64,000 nt of DNA from Planctomycetota bacterium (GCA_026184295.1 JAHCJK010000006.1:4891-68890), one strand, 5' to 3'; positions 19,520 to 30,917 are shown, counted from the stretch's first letter. The notes: generated from the letters alone by a model not told the origin. Translations and numbers: made by a program.

Positions 19520-21685
19520 CTATTCCTGAGGGCGCTTGCGCGCGAGCGCATCCACGACGCGCCCGGGCAGCACGATGGTGCCGCCGGCGAACGACGCGGT
19601 GACATCCTTCTCGCCGATGGCGACGACGCTGACCGCGAAGCGGCTGCCTTGCCGCAGGGTCAGGAGCCATTCGTGCTTCTCGCCGCCCCCCGCCGCGGCG
19701 GCGGGCGGAAAGACCAGGTAGCGCGCCGTGGCGAGGTCGATGGGCCAGGCGCCGCCGCCGTCCTTGGGATCGACGACGAGTTCGTTGGTTTCGGCGTTCG
19801 CGCCCAGGATCTCGGCGTTGTCCATGCGCGGCATGCCCGCGGCGGGATTGTGCTCGGGGTCCTTCTTCTCCGGCTCGGGCTGCGGGGCCGCATCGTTCCG
19901 CGCGACCATCTTCTTCTTGAACTCGACGCCGGGCTTTTCGTCCGCGGCGACGCTCAGGGGCGCGGGCGCTTCGCCGGGCACTTCGGCCTCGGGATACAGA
20001 TCGATCTTGCGCAGCACGCCGCGCGGGAGCTTCAGTTCCGCGCCGCCGGCCAGGTCGAAGACGACCTCGTCCTTGTCGAGCTTGACCAGGTGCGCGCGAA
20101 AGGCCTCGCCGTTCTGGAGCAGCACGTCCTGCGGCGGGCCGATGCGGCGGACGCGCCGGGGTTCCTTTTCTTCGCCTTCGCCCGGCTTCACGGCCAGGGC
20201 CTGTTCCAGCAGGTCGGGTACGCCGGGTTCCCAGCGGGTCAGGCCGGCGAGCGGGATCTCCCACGCGGGATCGCCCTGGGCGAGAAAGAGCGGGCGCACG
20301 GCCACGCGGTCTTTCGCGCCGCCGGGCACGGGAGCGGGGTGCCCGATCAGGCGGTCGCCACGCAGGGTCTCGGCCGCGCAGTAGCGTTCGTCGCGGTCGG
20401 CGGGTCCGACGCGGTCGAAGGCCAGGTCGTCGATGCGCAGCAGCGCCGGGCCGCCGGGCACCACGCGGTAGACGCGCAGGCGCACGATCGGGACGCTGGA
20501 ACTCACGCCCAGAAAATCGGCCAGCTGCCGGCCCTGCGCCGGGTCGCCGGACTTGCGGTTGAGCACGCGCAGGAGCAGCCGCCCGTGTACGTCGTAGGCT
20601 TCGAGCCCGAGCTGACCTTCTTCGGCGGCGCCGATGGAGACGCCGGCGATGTGCACGCCGCCCGGACGGCCCGTGCGCGTCTTGGGATCGTAGCTCCCGC
20701 GCTGCACGAACGTGATCTCGATGCCCGCGCGCCCGCGCCCGTCTTCCGCGTCGGCCATCGCCGACATCCCCGGCGTCATCCCGGCCACCGGTTCGGCGTC
20801 GTCGGCGACGATACGGCTGCGCCCGCGCCCGGCCTCGGGCCTCAGCAGCGCGCCCCAGGCGGCGTACAGGTCTTCGACGGGGTCGTTGGCCTTCGGCTGG
20901 GTCTTGCGGTCGGCGCCTTTTTCGAAGCCGCACAGCGTGAGGCCGGCCAGCAGGTTCGGCGGGCCTTCGCGGCCCTGGATGATCGCGTCCAGGTCGGCGT
21001 CCTCGGGGCCGTAACGCTTCGCACCCGAACCGGGCGGTTCCGGCGGGGGCGCGACGCCCACCGTCGCCTTCGCGCCCTCCACGGCGGGCCCCAGGGATTG
21101 CGCCAGCGCCGCGGCCTCGGCGGCCGCGAGCACCTCGATGCGTTCCAGCGTGGACGCGGGCAGCACGAGCGGGCCCCAGCCGGTGCGCAGGTCCAGGGTC
21201 TCGAGTTCGACGCGCCCGGAAAACTTCGTGCCGTCGGCCTTCTCGATGGCATCGCCGCCGTCGTCGTTGCCTTTCGCGGCCATCTCGGCCAGCAGCATCC
21301 GCGCCTTGGTGGAAACTTCCGCGTCCGCCGCCTGCGTGGCCTCGCGCAGCGCGGGGGCGGCCGCCCAGCCCAGGCCGCGCAGGCGTTCCTCGGCCTTGGC
21401 GCGAACCTGGTAGACGTCGTTCAGCAGGTCCTTGACCGCGGCGCGCGCGTCCGCGTCGAGCTTGGGATCGACGCGTTCGGAGAGCTTGAGCGCGCGCAGG
21501 GCGCTCCAGGAAAGTTTTTCGGCGGGGCCTTCGCCCGTCTTGCAGGAGACGCCGGCGTCCTTGAGCAGGGCCATCAGCCGCGAACCGTCGCGCGTGGTGA
21601 CGCGCACGGGCACCCAGCCTTCGGCCGCGGAGGCGGCGCAGGCGAGAAGCACGGCGAAGAGGGCGGCGGCGGTTATGGTCTTCAT
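19520..21685 (-). CDS. Large secreted protein, function unknown
   Basis: 721 aa. Signal peptide MKTITAAALFAVLLACAASAAEG. Normal composition and no recognisable motif. It ends 10 nt upstream of the glycoside hydrolase gene start, so the two are probably co-transcribed. Confidence 0.6.
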   Translation of the reverse strand: MKTITAAALFAVLLACAASAAEGWVPVRVTTRDGSRLMALLKDAGVSCKTGEGPAEKLSWSALRALKLSERVDPKLDADARAAVKDLLNDVYQVRAKAEERLRGLGWAAAPALREATQAADAEVSTKARMLLAEMAAKGNDDGGDAIEKADGTKFSGRVELETLDLRTGWGPLVLPASTLERIEVLAAAEAAALAQSLGPAVEGAKATVGVAPPPEPPGSGAKRYGPEDADLDAIIQGREGPPNLLAGLTLCGFEKGADRKTQPKANDPVEDLYAAWGALLRPEAGRGRSRIVADDAEPVAGMTPGMSAMADAEDGRGRAGIEITFVQRGSYDPKTRTGRPGGVHIAGVSIGAAEEGQLGLEAYDVHGRLLLRVLNRKSGDPAQGRQLADFLGVSSSVPIVRLRVYRVVPGGPALLRIDDLAFDRVGPADRDERYCAAETLRGDRLIGHPAPVPGGAKDRVAVRPLFLAQGDPAWEIPLAGLTRWEPGVPDLLEQALAVKPGEGEEKEPRRVRRIGPPQDVLLQNGEAFRAHLVKLDKDEVVFDLAGGAELKLPRGVLRKIDLYPEAEVPGEAPAPLSVAADEKPGVEFKKKMVARNDAAPQPEPEKKDPEHNPAAGMPRMDNAEILGANAETNELVVDPKDGGGAWPIDLATARYLVFPPAAAAGGGEKHEWLLTLRQGSRFAVSVVAIGEKDVTASFAGGTIVLPGRVVDALARKRPQE

Positions 21686-21825
21686 AGGCCTGACAGCATT
21701 TAGCCCCCGGGAGCGGGCGGGGTCAAGACCCGGAAGGTGCGCACATGACGCCCCAAGGCCTCGGTTCGAACGGGGTCTTCTGGTATGCTTACCGATCGGC
21801 CGCGACCTCTTTCAAGGAGTTCGGT

Positions 21826-22431
21826 GTGACGGGTGCGATTCTCGCCGGGGGGCGCTCCCGGCGCATGGAAGGCCTCGACAAGACCCGCCTGCGCCTGGGC
21901 GGCGTGCGCGTGCTCGAACGCCTGGCGGGCCTGCTGCGCGATGCCTGCGGCTCCTGCGTGCTGGTGGCGCGCGAGGAACAGCTCGGCGAACTGGAAGCGC
22001 TGGACCTCGGCGATGTCTACGGCGATCTCTTTCCCGAGCGCGGGCCGCTGGGCGGGCTGTACACGGTGCTGCAGGAGACCGGCGACGACGTCTTTCTGCT
22101 CGCCTGCGACCTCCCGTTTCTCGAAGCGCCGCTGCTCGAAAAGATTCTGCTCGCTTACCGTTCGGCCCCCAAGACGTTCGCGATGCTGCCGCGTTCGCCC
22201 GATCCGTCGCTCGCCGACGACCCCTGGCGCATGGAACCGCTCTGCGCGGTCTGGTCGCAGATGGCCAAGCGCCCCGCGTACCTGGCGCTGGAATCCCAGG
22301 AACTCTCGATGACCGCTTTCGCGCGGAGCCTGAACGCGCGCACGCTGGACCTGTTGCCCGAAGAGGCCCTGCATCTGCGCAACATCAACCATTTGAACGA
22401 GTTGGAAAAAGAAGGCCTCTCGATTTCGTAG
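21826..22431 (+). CDS. mobA: Molybdenum cofactor guanylyltransferase
   Basis: GTG at 21826 lies 6 nt after AAGGAG (21814-21819). AILAGGRSRRMEGLDK, ...ERGPLGGLYT... and LLACDLPFL are MobA motifs. Confidence 0.8.
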   Translation: MTGAILAGGRSRRMEGLDKTRLRLGGVRVLERLAGLLRDACGSCVLVAREEQLGELEALDLGDVYGDLFPERGPLGGLYTVLQETGDDVFLLACDLPFLEAPLLEKILLAYRSAPKTFAMLPRSPDPSLADDPWRMEPLCAVWSQMAKRPAYLALESQELSMTAFARSLNARTLDLLPEEALHLRNINHLNELEKEGLSIS

Positions 22432-22732
22432 CCGGTTTTTTCTGAAATGACCTGCCCGGCCGAGGCTTGCATAAGGTTGGATCGCCTCTACAGTTACATA
22501 AAGTCTCAAACGCAAGGGCCTGGGTGCGAATACGTGTAAAGGCGCGCACGTCTGGTCATGCAGCAGGACGCGCGGGTGCGGTGTCCATCTAGAACACGGA
22601 GCCCGTGCTCCAACGAATGTCGAAAAGACGGCAAGGCAGGGTGGGCCCGCGTTCTTGGGCGCGCCGCCGCGAAGCGCGGACGGTGCGGAACACGGGGGCT
22701 TTGCCGGCTGTGGATTGGCGAGGAGAGTGTCC

Positions 22733-23212
22733 ATGAAGAGGAACGTGTGGGTGTGGGGGTTGGTGCTGGGGCTGTGCGTGCTCGCGGCGCCGGTGATGAA
22801 GGTCCGCGCCGAAGGCGAAGGCGACAAGAAGGAAGCCCGCAAGGCGCGCAAGGGCGGCGGCGGCTTCAACCTGATGCTCGTCGATACGATCCAGGAGAAG
22901 CTGGGCACCGGCGAAGGCATGGTCCTGACCGAAGATCAGAAGACCAAGATCAACGCGCTGCGCGAAGACCTGAAGAAGAAGTTCGACGAGAAAATGGCCG
23001 CCGGCAAGGAAAAGATCGACGGCGCGAAGACCCCCGAGGAACGCAAGGCCGCCTACAAGGAAGTGATGGGCGACTTCAAGGCCAACGAGGAATACAAGAC
23101 GGGCCTGAAGGGCATCCTCAGCGAAGCCCAGTTCACGAAGCTCTTCGAAGGCGCCAAGGAAGAAAAGAAGGAAGAGAAGAAAGAGGACATGAAGGAAGAG
23201 AAGAAGGAATAG
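22733..23212 (+). CDS. Secreted K/E-rich low-complexity protein, function unknown
   Basis: Start trimmed to MKRNVWVWGLVLGLCVLAAPVMKVRA|EGEGD, followed by a charged helical region and a KEEKKEEKKEDMKEEKKE tail. Confidence 0.55.
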   Translation: MKRNVWVWGLVLGLCVLAAPVMKVRAEGEGDKKEARKARKGGGGFNLMLVDTIQEKLGTGEGMVLTEDQKTKINALREDLKKKFDEKMAAGKEKIDGAKTPEERKAAYKEVMGDFKANEEYKTGLKGILSEAQFTKLFEGAKEEKKEEKKEDMKEEKKE

Positions 23213-23239
23213 CTCCGCTTCTTTCCCCGCCGGACCCTC

Positions 23240-23270
23240 GGCGGTTCACGGAAACGTGGACCGCCGTTTC
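23240..23270 (+). terminator. Hairpin terminator after 22733..23212
   Basis: ggcggttcac-ggaaac-gtggaccgcc followed by gtttc: a 10 bp stem with one mismatch. Confidence 0.5.
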
Positions 23271-23524
23271 AATTATACATTGTTAGTAGCGGATACATTC
23301 TAATCATCAATACAATTTGGGTTAACAAGAATTCGACAAAAATTCGTTGGTGCAGAAAAATTTCCGCTTAGTGCATTTTATACCAAACTCATGAAACAAA
23401 TGAGATACGTATTGCGTATTTTTATTGAATATTTCTATACGGCGATATGACCAATAACGTAATCCCTTGGAGCGATGATATTGCGCGAAGATAAGGGATG
23501 TATATTTAATACTGGAGACAGATC

Positions 23525-23980
23525 ATGCGTAGTTTTTCCTGGACATTATTAATTCTAGCTATTGTTTGTACTGGTAGAATTCGGGCTGAAGATGCAACCC
23601 TAACGGAAGTTAAAGTTGTATTTCATACAACCGATGACGACAAGGACCATGATACAACTCTCTCAATGTGGATTAAGATTGATACCAAGACACTCGCCTA
23701 CAGCGAAGGGTTTGCAAATAATACGCGATTTCCTGATAAGACTGATAGTTCGCCCTTCCCGCTTGGAGAAGTAGATAAGAAGATTTCCAAACAGGAAGTC
23801 GCTAAGGGAGTCAAGGCTCGGCTTAAAATGACAACAAATGGAGACGATAATTGGTGGTTTAAGTTTACAGTTACATTTAAGTTCTCGGACGATAGCACTA
23901 TTGTAATGGAAATGACTGAAAATACGAAGTTTGATGACGATGAAACTACCGACAAGACGTGGGATCTAAAGCCAAAGTAG
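23525..23980 (+). CDS. Small secreted D/T/K-rich protein, orphan, in AT-rich islet
   Basis: 151 aa. Signal peptide MRSFSWTLLILAIVCTGRIRA|EDAT. Beta-strand-like alternation (VKVVFHTTDDDKDHDTTLSMWIKI; WWFKFTVTFKFSDDSTIVMEM). ggagaca RBS 5 nt upstream. No family recognised. Confidence 0.65.
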   Translation: MRSFSWTLLILAIVCTGRIRAEDATLTEVKVVFHTTDDDKDHDTTLSMWIKIDTKTLAYSEGFANNTRFPDKTDSSPFPLGEVDKKISKQEVAKGVKARLKMTTNGDDNWWFKFTVTFKFSDDSTIVMEMTENTKFDDDETTDKTWDLKPK

Positions 23981-24020
23981 GGCGACTTTCGAGTTCAATA
24001 CTAGAAACAAGTATAAGATT

Positions 24021-24057
24021 TGCGCGATCAAGTATTGCCTTGGTCGCGCATTCTTTC
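24021..24057 (+). terminator. Hairpin terminator after the islet ORF
   Basis: tgcgcgatca-(10 nt loop)-tggtcgcgca followed by ttctttc. Confidence 0.5.
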
Positions 24058-24167
24058 ATGTACCTAAAATTGAGCGCGTTGAAGCGATAAAAAGATCGGC
24101 ATGGTCATGTGCGAATTTTCCCCTCAGACTCCGGCCGGGACCTAACCTCGCTAGCTTTTCCGCTGCG

Positions 24168-25577
<1,410 letters not shown>

Positions 25578-25650
25578 GGAGGCTCCCCTCTCGGATTGAA
25601 CTCGGACCGGGCGTGAGACGTACGTATATCCCAAGCGCGGCGAATTTCGA

Positions 25651-27495
25651 TCAATTGTCGTGCGCGATGCCCAGGTACATCGTGTCCACGGGCGCGTAAT
25701 CGTCGGTCAGGACCGGCACGTCTTCCAGATCCTTCGCGGTCGGGCCGTCGCGGTACTGGTTGCGCGCGTGCCACTCGAAGACCTCCGGGTCGATCTTCAC
25801 CACCGGATCGGCTCCCAGCGAAAGGAACCGCGCCTGCCGCACGATCTCCTCGTGCGCGCGCGCCTCGGGTTCGTCCGTGCAGATCACGATCACGTTGCGA
25901 ATCTCGTGCGGCGAGGCGTAGACGCTCTCCCCCGGGAAGAGCCGCGGGAAGAGGTACAACTGCCGGAAGAGCGGCGCGCGGTCTTCCTCGGACGGTTGCG
26001 CGATCCGCAGGGCCTCGGCGCGGCTCGCGCGCAGGGTCTTTACCGCCGAAAAGAGGATGTCCGCCGGGCGCGGCTTCTCGGGGTCGTCGTTGTGCAGCGC
26101 CGCGCGGATGTTGCTCAGCACCACGCCGCCCGGGGCGAGGCGCGCCTTCACGTCCCGCAGGAACTCCCAGGTAAGCAGGTGGTAGGGAATCTGGCTCGCG
26201 GAGGCGTACGCGTCGAGCAGGATCAGGTCGTAGGCCCCTTCCAGGCGGTTCAGCGCCGTGCGCCCGTCGCCGACGTGGAAGACAACTTTGCTCCGCGGAA
26301 TCTCCGGCTGGAAGAATTCCTGCGCCAGACGCACCACTACGTCGTCGATCTCGAGCACGTCCACGCGCTCGATGCTCGGATAATGGAGTTGGAACTCCGC
26401 CGGCACCACGGCCACGCCGGCGCCGACCACCAGCATGCGCCTGGGCTTGGGCACCCACGCAAGCGAGAGATGCACGAGCTGGCTGAAGGTCATCGCGTTG
26501 CTGTAGCGCCCGCGGTACGCGTAGGTGCCGCCCTGCATGATCTCGCGTTCCATGTCGAAGGTGAGCCAGCGGCGGATATTCGGCGGGTCGATCAGCACGT
26601 GGCCCTTCAGCGTAAGGACCTCCTCGATCACCGCGACTTCCTGGTAGCTCGATTCCTCGTAGCGGATCAGGCGGAAGCGTTCGGGCACGTACGGGCGGGG
26701 CGGAAAGAGCAGCCAGGCCTCCGCGCCGGCGAGCGCCAGCAGCCCCAGCGCCGCGGCCGCGTGGCGCGCGGATGCGCGAAGCGCCCCCGCCGCGCGCTCG
26801 AAACGCACGAATCCCCACAGCGCCAGCAGCACCGCCAGCAGCCCCAGGCCGCAGAGGATGTTCGCGACTTCGAACGCGGGGATCAGCACGAAGGTCGTCA
26901 GCAGCGTCCCGGCGATGGAACCGAAGGTCGAGAGCGCGTACAGGCGCCCGGCGACGCCGCCCACGCCCGTCAGGTTGCGCGCGGCGAGCTTGACCGCGAA
27001 GGGCGAGACCGTCGCGAGCAGGAAGCAGGGGGCGAAGAAGAGCGCCGCCGCCGCGAGCAGCGGGCCGAAGGTCCGGTGCGGCACGCGCGCGGCGATCTCG
27101 CGGCAGACCGGCCCGCCGAAGTACGGCACGGCAAAGACGAACGCGCCCGCGAGCGCCACGATCCAGGCCAGCAGGACGGGCCGGGGAAAACGGTCGGCCA
27201 GGCGCCCGCCGATCCAGTACCCCGCGGCCATGGCGCCCATCAGCAGGCCGATCAGCCCGCCCCAGACGAAGATCGAGTTGCCGAAGCTGGGCGCGAGCAC
27301 CCGCGACCCGGCGATCTCGACGCCCATCATTACGCCGCCGCAGACCCCCGCGGTCCACGCCAGGGCGCGCCCGCCCGCCGGGCCCATGCCCGCGCCGATG
27401 GATGCCGCGCCCGCCGCATCTTTTCCGGCCGACTGGTTCACGCTCTGTTCCCGAGGACTGTGCGAAGAGCTTAGACGCGCGCCCGGCGCAAGCAA
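25651..27495 (-). CDS. Fused membrane-domain / spermidine-synthase-like protein
   Basis: The N-terminal roughly 270 aa hold about 7-8 transmembrane segments. The C-terminal half is an aminopropyl/methyltransferase fold ([12 protein letters not shown]...[11 protein letters not shown]...FHVGDGR...YDLILLDAY). The start codon is uncertain; several in-frame Met lie between 27495 and 27330. Confidence 0.65.
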   Translation of the reverse strand: MLAPGARLSSSHSPREQSVNQSAGKDAAGAASIGAGMGPAGGRALAWTAGVCGGVMMGVEIAGSRVLAPSFGNSIFVWGGLIGLLMGAMAAGYWIGGRLADRFPRPVLLAWIVALAGAFVFAVPYFGGPVCREIAARVPHRTFGPLLAAAALFFAPCFLLATVSPFAVKLAARNLTGVGGVAGRLYALSTFGSIAGTLLTTFVLIPAFEVANILCGLGLLAVLLALWGFVRFERAAGALRASARHAAAALGLLALAGAEAWLLFPPRPYVPERFRLIRYEESSYQEVAVIEEVLTLKGHVLIDPPNIRRWLTFDMEREIMQGGTYAYRGRYSNAMTFSQLVHLSLAWVPKPRRMLVVGAGVAVVPAEFQLHYPSIERVDVLEIDDVVVRLAQEFFQPEIPRSKVVFHVGDGRTALNRLEGAYDLILLDAYASASQIPYHLLTWEFLRDVKARLAPGGVVLSNIRAALHNDDPEKPRPADILFSAVKTLRASRAEALRIAQPSEEDRAPLFRQLYLFPRLFPGESVYASPHEIRNVIVICTDEPEARAHEEIVRQARFLSLGADPVVKIDPEVFEWHARNQYRDGPTAKDLEDVPVLTDDYAPVDTMYLGIAHDN

Positions 27496-27528
27496 CTTGT
27501 GGCGCAGACCTGCACGGGGCCGCCCGGC

Positions 27529-28350
27529 TTACTTGGCCTTGGTCGTCACCCGGCGGAAGGCCTCGGTGACGGCGCGGACGGCCTCCTTGAACTCGGGGCG
27601 TTCCTGCGCTTCGAGGGGCTTGATGCCCAGCGACGGGGGGATGCCGTCGCGGATGTCGTAGCCGATCTGTCCCGGCGCGTTGGTGAAGATCCACACGCGT
27701 TCGCCCAGGTAGACGGCCTCGGTGATGCTGTGCGTGATGCACAGGATCGTCGGATGGATGCGGTGCCACAGCGTCACGAGCAGTTCCTGCATCTCCAGGC
27801 GCGTGGGCTCGTCCAGCGCCGAGAACGGTTCGTCCATCAGCAGGATGCGCGGCTCGATGGCCAGCGAGCGCGCGATGGCCACGCGCTGCTGCTGCCCGCC
27901 CGAGAGCTGGTGCGGATACTTCTTCTCGTGCCCGTCCAGGCCGACGTGCCCAATCAGGGCCATCGCCTTCTCCCGCTGCTGCCCGGGCGAAAGCCCCATC
28001 TCGCGCGCGTTGATGCGCAGGCCGAAGAGCACGTTGTCGAGCACCGTCAGGTGCGGGAACGAACTGTACTGCTGGAAGATCATCCCGCGTTCGCGCCCCG
28101 GGCCTTCGATCGGCTTGCCGCGCACCAGCACGTCGCCGCTGGTGGGCTTCAGAAACCCCGCGATCAGGTTCAGCAGGGTGCTCTTGCCGCAGCCCGACGG
28201 GCCGACGACCGAGATGATCTCGCCCTTGTCCGGCGCGTCTTCGATGGTGAACGAGACGTCGTTCAGCGCGGTGAAGCCGCCGAAGCGCAGCACCACGTTG
28301 CGGAACTGCACGACCGGGGGCGGGCCGAGGTTGGGAAGCGGGTCGCTCAC
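27529..28350 (-). CDS. ABC transporter ATP-binding protein (NitT/TauT nitrate/sulfonate/bicarbonate-type)
   Basis: GTG start at 28350 overlaps the permease stop (GTGA). Walker [11 protein letters not shown]-loop IFQQYS, signature LSGGQQQR, Walker [13 protein letters not shown]-loop ITHS. Confidence 0.9.
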   Translation of the reverse strand: MSDPLPNLGPPPVVQFRNVVLRFGGFTALNDVSFTIEDAPDKGEIISVVGPSGCGKSTLLNLIAGFLKPTSGDVLVRGKPIEGPGRERGMIFQQYSSFPHLTVLDNVLFGLRINAREMGLSPGQQREKAMALIGHVGLDGHEKKYPHQLSGGQQQRVAIARSLAIEPRILLMDEPFSALDEPTRLEMQELLVTLWHRIHPTILCITHSITEAVYLGERVWIFTNAPGQIGYDIRDGIPPSLGIKPLEAQERPEFKEAVRAVTEAFRRVTTKAK

Positions 28351-29171
28351 CGTTGCGTGCTCCGGTAGGGGAAGAGAAGCCGCCCCGCGTATTCCCACAG
28401 CAGGTCCGCGATCCACGCGGAGACCGAGATGATCAGGATGATCAGCCAGACGCGCCCGGGCTTGCCCAGGCGCTGCGCGTTGCCGACCATGTCGCCCAGG
28501 CCGCCGTCCTTCACCACCACTTCGGCCAGCACGAGGTACGTCCAGCCGACGCCGAAGGCCAGGCGCATGCCGTGCCAGATGTCCGGCAGCGCGACGGGCA
28601 CCAGCACCTTGAAGATCGATTCCGTCCGCGAGGCCCCCAGCGTGTACGCGGTGCTCAGGTAGACGTTGGGCACGCCGTCGATGGCCTTCACGATCATGGG
28701 CAGCAGGTAGATCACGTAGGCGAGCGCCAGGAAGACGATCTTCTGTTCCTCGCCGGTCCCGAAGAGCGACATCGTCAGCGGCACCAGGGTCGCGATGGGG
28801 ACGTAGCCGCTCACCGTGGCCAGCGGCAGGAAGATCGCGCGCACGCTCCCGAAGGCCCCCATCCCGACGCCCAGCGGCAGCGTAATGCCCAGCGCGATCA
28901 GGAAGCTGAACGCCACGCGCTTGAGGCTGATGTAAACGTGAGAGGGAAGCGCGCGGCCTTCGTTGTCGGGCTGGTCGATCATCGGGCGGAAACTGTCCAC
29001 CACGTCGCTCGGGCTGGGCATGTTGAGCGCGCCGATGCGCCGCTCTTCGGGCTCGCCCTTGGTCATGTACCACCACAGGGCAAAGGTGATCAGGATCGGG
29101 ATCAGCCCCAGCGCCACGGCGGCTTTCCTGGGGACTTTGCCGCGAATTTGAGTAAACCAGGACGGAAGCAT
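28347..29171 (-). CDS. ABC transporter permease (binding-protein-dependent type)
   Basis: 274 aa with six hydrophobic segments, translationally coupled to the ATPase gene. No substrate-binding-protein gene is adjacent. Confidence 0.8.
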   Translation of the reverse strand: MLPSWFTQIRGKVPRKAAVALGLIPILITFALWWYMTKGEPEERRIGALNMPSPSDVVDSFRPMIDQPDNEGRALPSHVYISLKRVAFSFLIALGITLPLGVGMGAFGSVRAIFLPLATVSGYVPIATLVPLTMSLFGTGEEQKIVFLALAYVIYLLPMIVKAIDGVPNVYLSTAYTLGASRTESIFKVLVPVALPDIWHGMRLAFGVGWTYLVLAEVVVKDGGLGDMVGNAQRLGKPGRVWLIILIISVSAWIADLLWEYAGRLLFPYRSTQR

Positions 29172-29361
29172 TTCGGTACCTTACGCGATGTCCGGAAGGG
29201 CTGTCAATCGTGGGCCAACGCACGCGTGCAATGCCGCCGAAACTTGACCCCTGCCCGCGCCTGTTTTTGTCCCACCGCCAGGATCAGCGCACAACCTTAT
29301 GGAATTTCATAGGTTGCGCGAATACAATTTTCCAATCGTAAGGCAAGTTACGGGAATATGT

Positions 29362-30228
29362 ATGGATCTTTCGCGATTTAGTGGCGGGTCGGAAACGCCG
29401 TCCGCGGAGAAACCTCCGCGCGACGAGCGTGCCGAGATCGGGAGCCACATGCCGGCAGTGCAAGCACCAGCATTCGAGCGGACTGGCCTGCCGCTCGCAC
29501 CGCCCCTTCTTGCCGCTTCCGGCAAGGAGGGGCCGGTTGCATTGCGACCCGCGCTCTCGGTCATTCTCCCGGTGCTGAACGACCGCGAGCTGCTGCCCGC
29601 GGCGCTGGAAAGCGTCTTCGCTTCGCCTGCCCGCGTCGAAGCGATCGTCGTGGACGGCGGCAGCACCGACGGTTCCGCCGAAACCGCGCGTGCCCTGGGC
29701 GCGCGCGTGATCCCAAGCCCGCGGGGCCGGGCGCGGCAGATGAACGCCGGCGCGGCCGAAGCCCGCGCGCGGGTGCTCCTCTTCCTGCATGCCGACACGC
29801 GCTTGCCGCGCAACTACGAAGCGCAGGTGCGCGAAGCCCTGGGCCGGCCGGCGGCGCTTGGCGGCGCGTTTCGCCTGCGGCTGGACGCGGCGGGCCTGCG
29901 GTACCGCGTGGCCGAACGCCTGGTCAACGCGCGCGCGCGGCTGCTCGGGCTGCCCTACGGCGACCAGGCGCTTTTCGTGCGCGCCGAGACCTTCCGCGCG
30001 ATGGGCGGCTTTCCCGAACAATGCGTCATGGAGGACTACGAGTTCGTGCGGCGGTTGAAGGCCCGTGGGCCGCTGGCGCTGGCGCCGGTCTGCGCGGTCA
30101 CCTCGGCGCGCGCGTGGCAGCGCCACGGCGTCCTGGGGTACGCGGCCTTGAATTGGACGTCGGTGGCGGCCTACCGGCTGGGCGTATCGCCCGGCCGGAT
30201 CGCGGCTTGGAGAGGGGTCCGACCTTGA
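29362..30228 (+). CDS. Family 2 glycosyltransferase (pattern resembles the TIGR04283 rSAM/selenodomain-associated transferase 2 group; from memory)
   Basis: LSVILPVLNDRELL...EAIVVDGGSTDGS...GRARQMNAGA...LLFLHADTRLP...YGDQALFVRAETF...MEDYEFVRRL. Start is uncertain (ATG at 29299, 29362 or 29449). Confidence 0.65.
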   Translation: MDLSRFSGGSETPSAEKPPRDERAEIGSHMPAVQAPAFERTGLPLAPPLLAASGKEGPVALRPALSVILPVLNDRELLPAALESVFASPARVEAIVVDGGSTDGSAETARALGARVIPSPRGRARQMNAGAAEARARVLLFLHADTRLPRNYEAQVREALGRPAALGGAFRLRLDAAGLRYRVAERLVNARARLLGLPYGDQALFVRAETFRAMGGFPEQCVMEDYEFVRRLKARGPLALAPVCAVTSARAWQRHGVLGYAALNWTSVAAYRLGVSPGRIAAWRGVRP

Positions 30229-30305
30229 AAACAGGTGCGAGCGCCCTAACGTGGAATGCATCCTGGCGGGAAAACCGAGGGGTGCAAAAGACCACGGGTG
30301 GGACT

Positions 30306-30917
30306 ATGGACGCGACGGCTTCAAAATCCTTATCGTCGCAGGACTTGCACAAGCGCCGCGCGGCCTTTGTAGAGGTCGCGATGCCGCTGGCCGAGATCCT
30401 GTACGCGACGGCCTACCGTATGACGGGGAATTCGGCCAAGGCCGAGGACCTGGTCCAGGAGACCTTCGTCCGCGCCTGGAAGAACTTCGACCGCTTCGAA
30501 GCGGGCACGAACTTCAAGGCCTGGATCTTCAAGATCATGATCTTCGTGAACCGGAACGACCGGCGCAACCCGCGGCAGCGCGAGGTCACCGTCGATTTCT
30601 CCGGCGAAGAGCATCCCGTCGAGGCCGCCGCGCCGGCCGAAGCGCCCGCCGCGGGCGTGAACTGGGAAGGCCTGTACGGCGAACTGGTGGAAGACGAATT
30701 CAAGCGCGCCCTCGACCGCCTGGACGAGGACCAGCGCACGGTGCTGATGCTGGTGACGCTGGGCGAGCTTTCGTACCAGGAAGTCGCCGAGTCGCTGGGG
30801 GTGCCGATCGGGACCGTGATGTCGCGGCTCTTCCGCGCGCGCAAGCGCCTGCAGGAAGACCTGTACGACTACGCGAAGGAGCGCGGACTGGTGAAGAACA
30901 AGGAGCCCCTGGCATGA
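30306..30917 (+). CDS. ECF-type RNA polymerase sigma-70 factor
   Basis: Start trimmed to MDATASKSL (ATG at 30306). Region 2: AEDLVQETFVRAWKNFDRFE...FKAWIFKI. Region 4: LSYQEVAESLGVPIGTVMSRLFRARKRL. Confidence 0.9.
   Translation: MDATASKSLSSQDLHKRRAAFVEVAMPLAEILYATAYRMTGNSAKAEDLVQETFVRAWKNFDRFEAGTNFKAWIFKIMIFVNRNDRRNPRQREVTVDFSGEEHPVEAAAPAEAPAAGVNWEGLYGELVEDEFKRALDRLDEDQRTVLMLVTLGELSYQEVAESLGVPIGTVMSRLFRARKRLQEDLYDYAKERGLVKNKEPLA

Larger units (their letters stand above)
23268..24125. other. AT-rich islet 1 (about 0.86 kb; a hand-sampled 60 nt block gave about 32% GC, against about 70% in the flanks)
   Basis: Composition switches abruptly right after the terminator at about 23270 and returns to GC-rich at about 24125, just before the asnS stop. 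It contains a single ORF. Confidence 0.8.

Noticed and set aside
29299-30228. Selenoprotein or radical-SAM partner for the TIGR04283-like glycosyltransferase
   Set aside because: No radical-SAM (CxxxCxxC) or selenium-related gene is adjacent in this window. The family resemblance alone does not justify a pathway claim.
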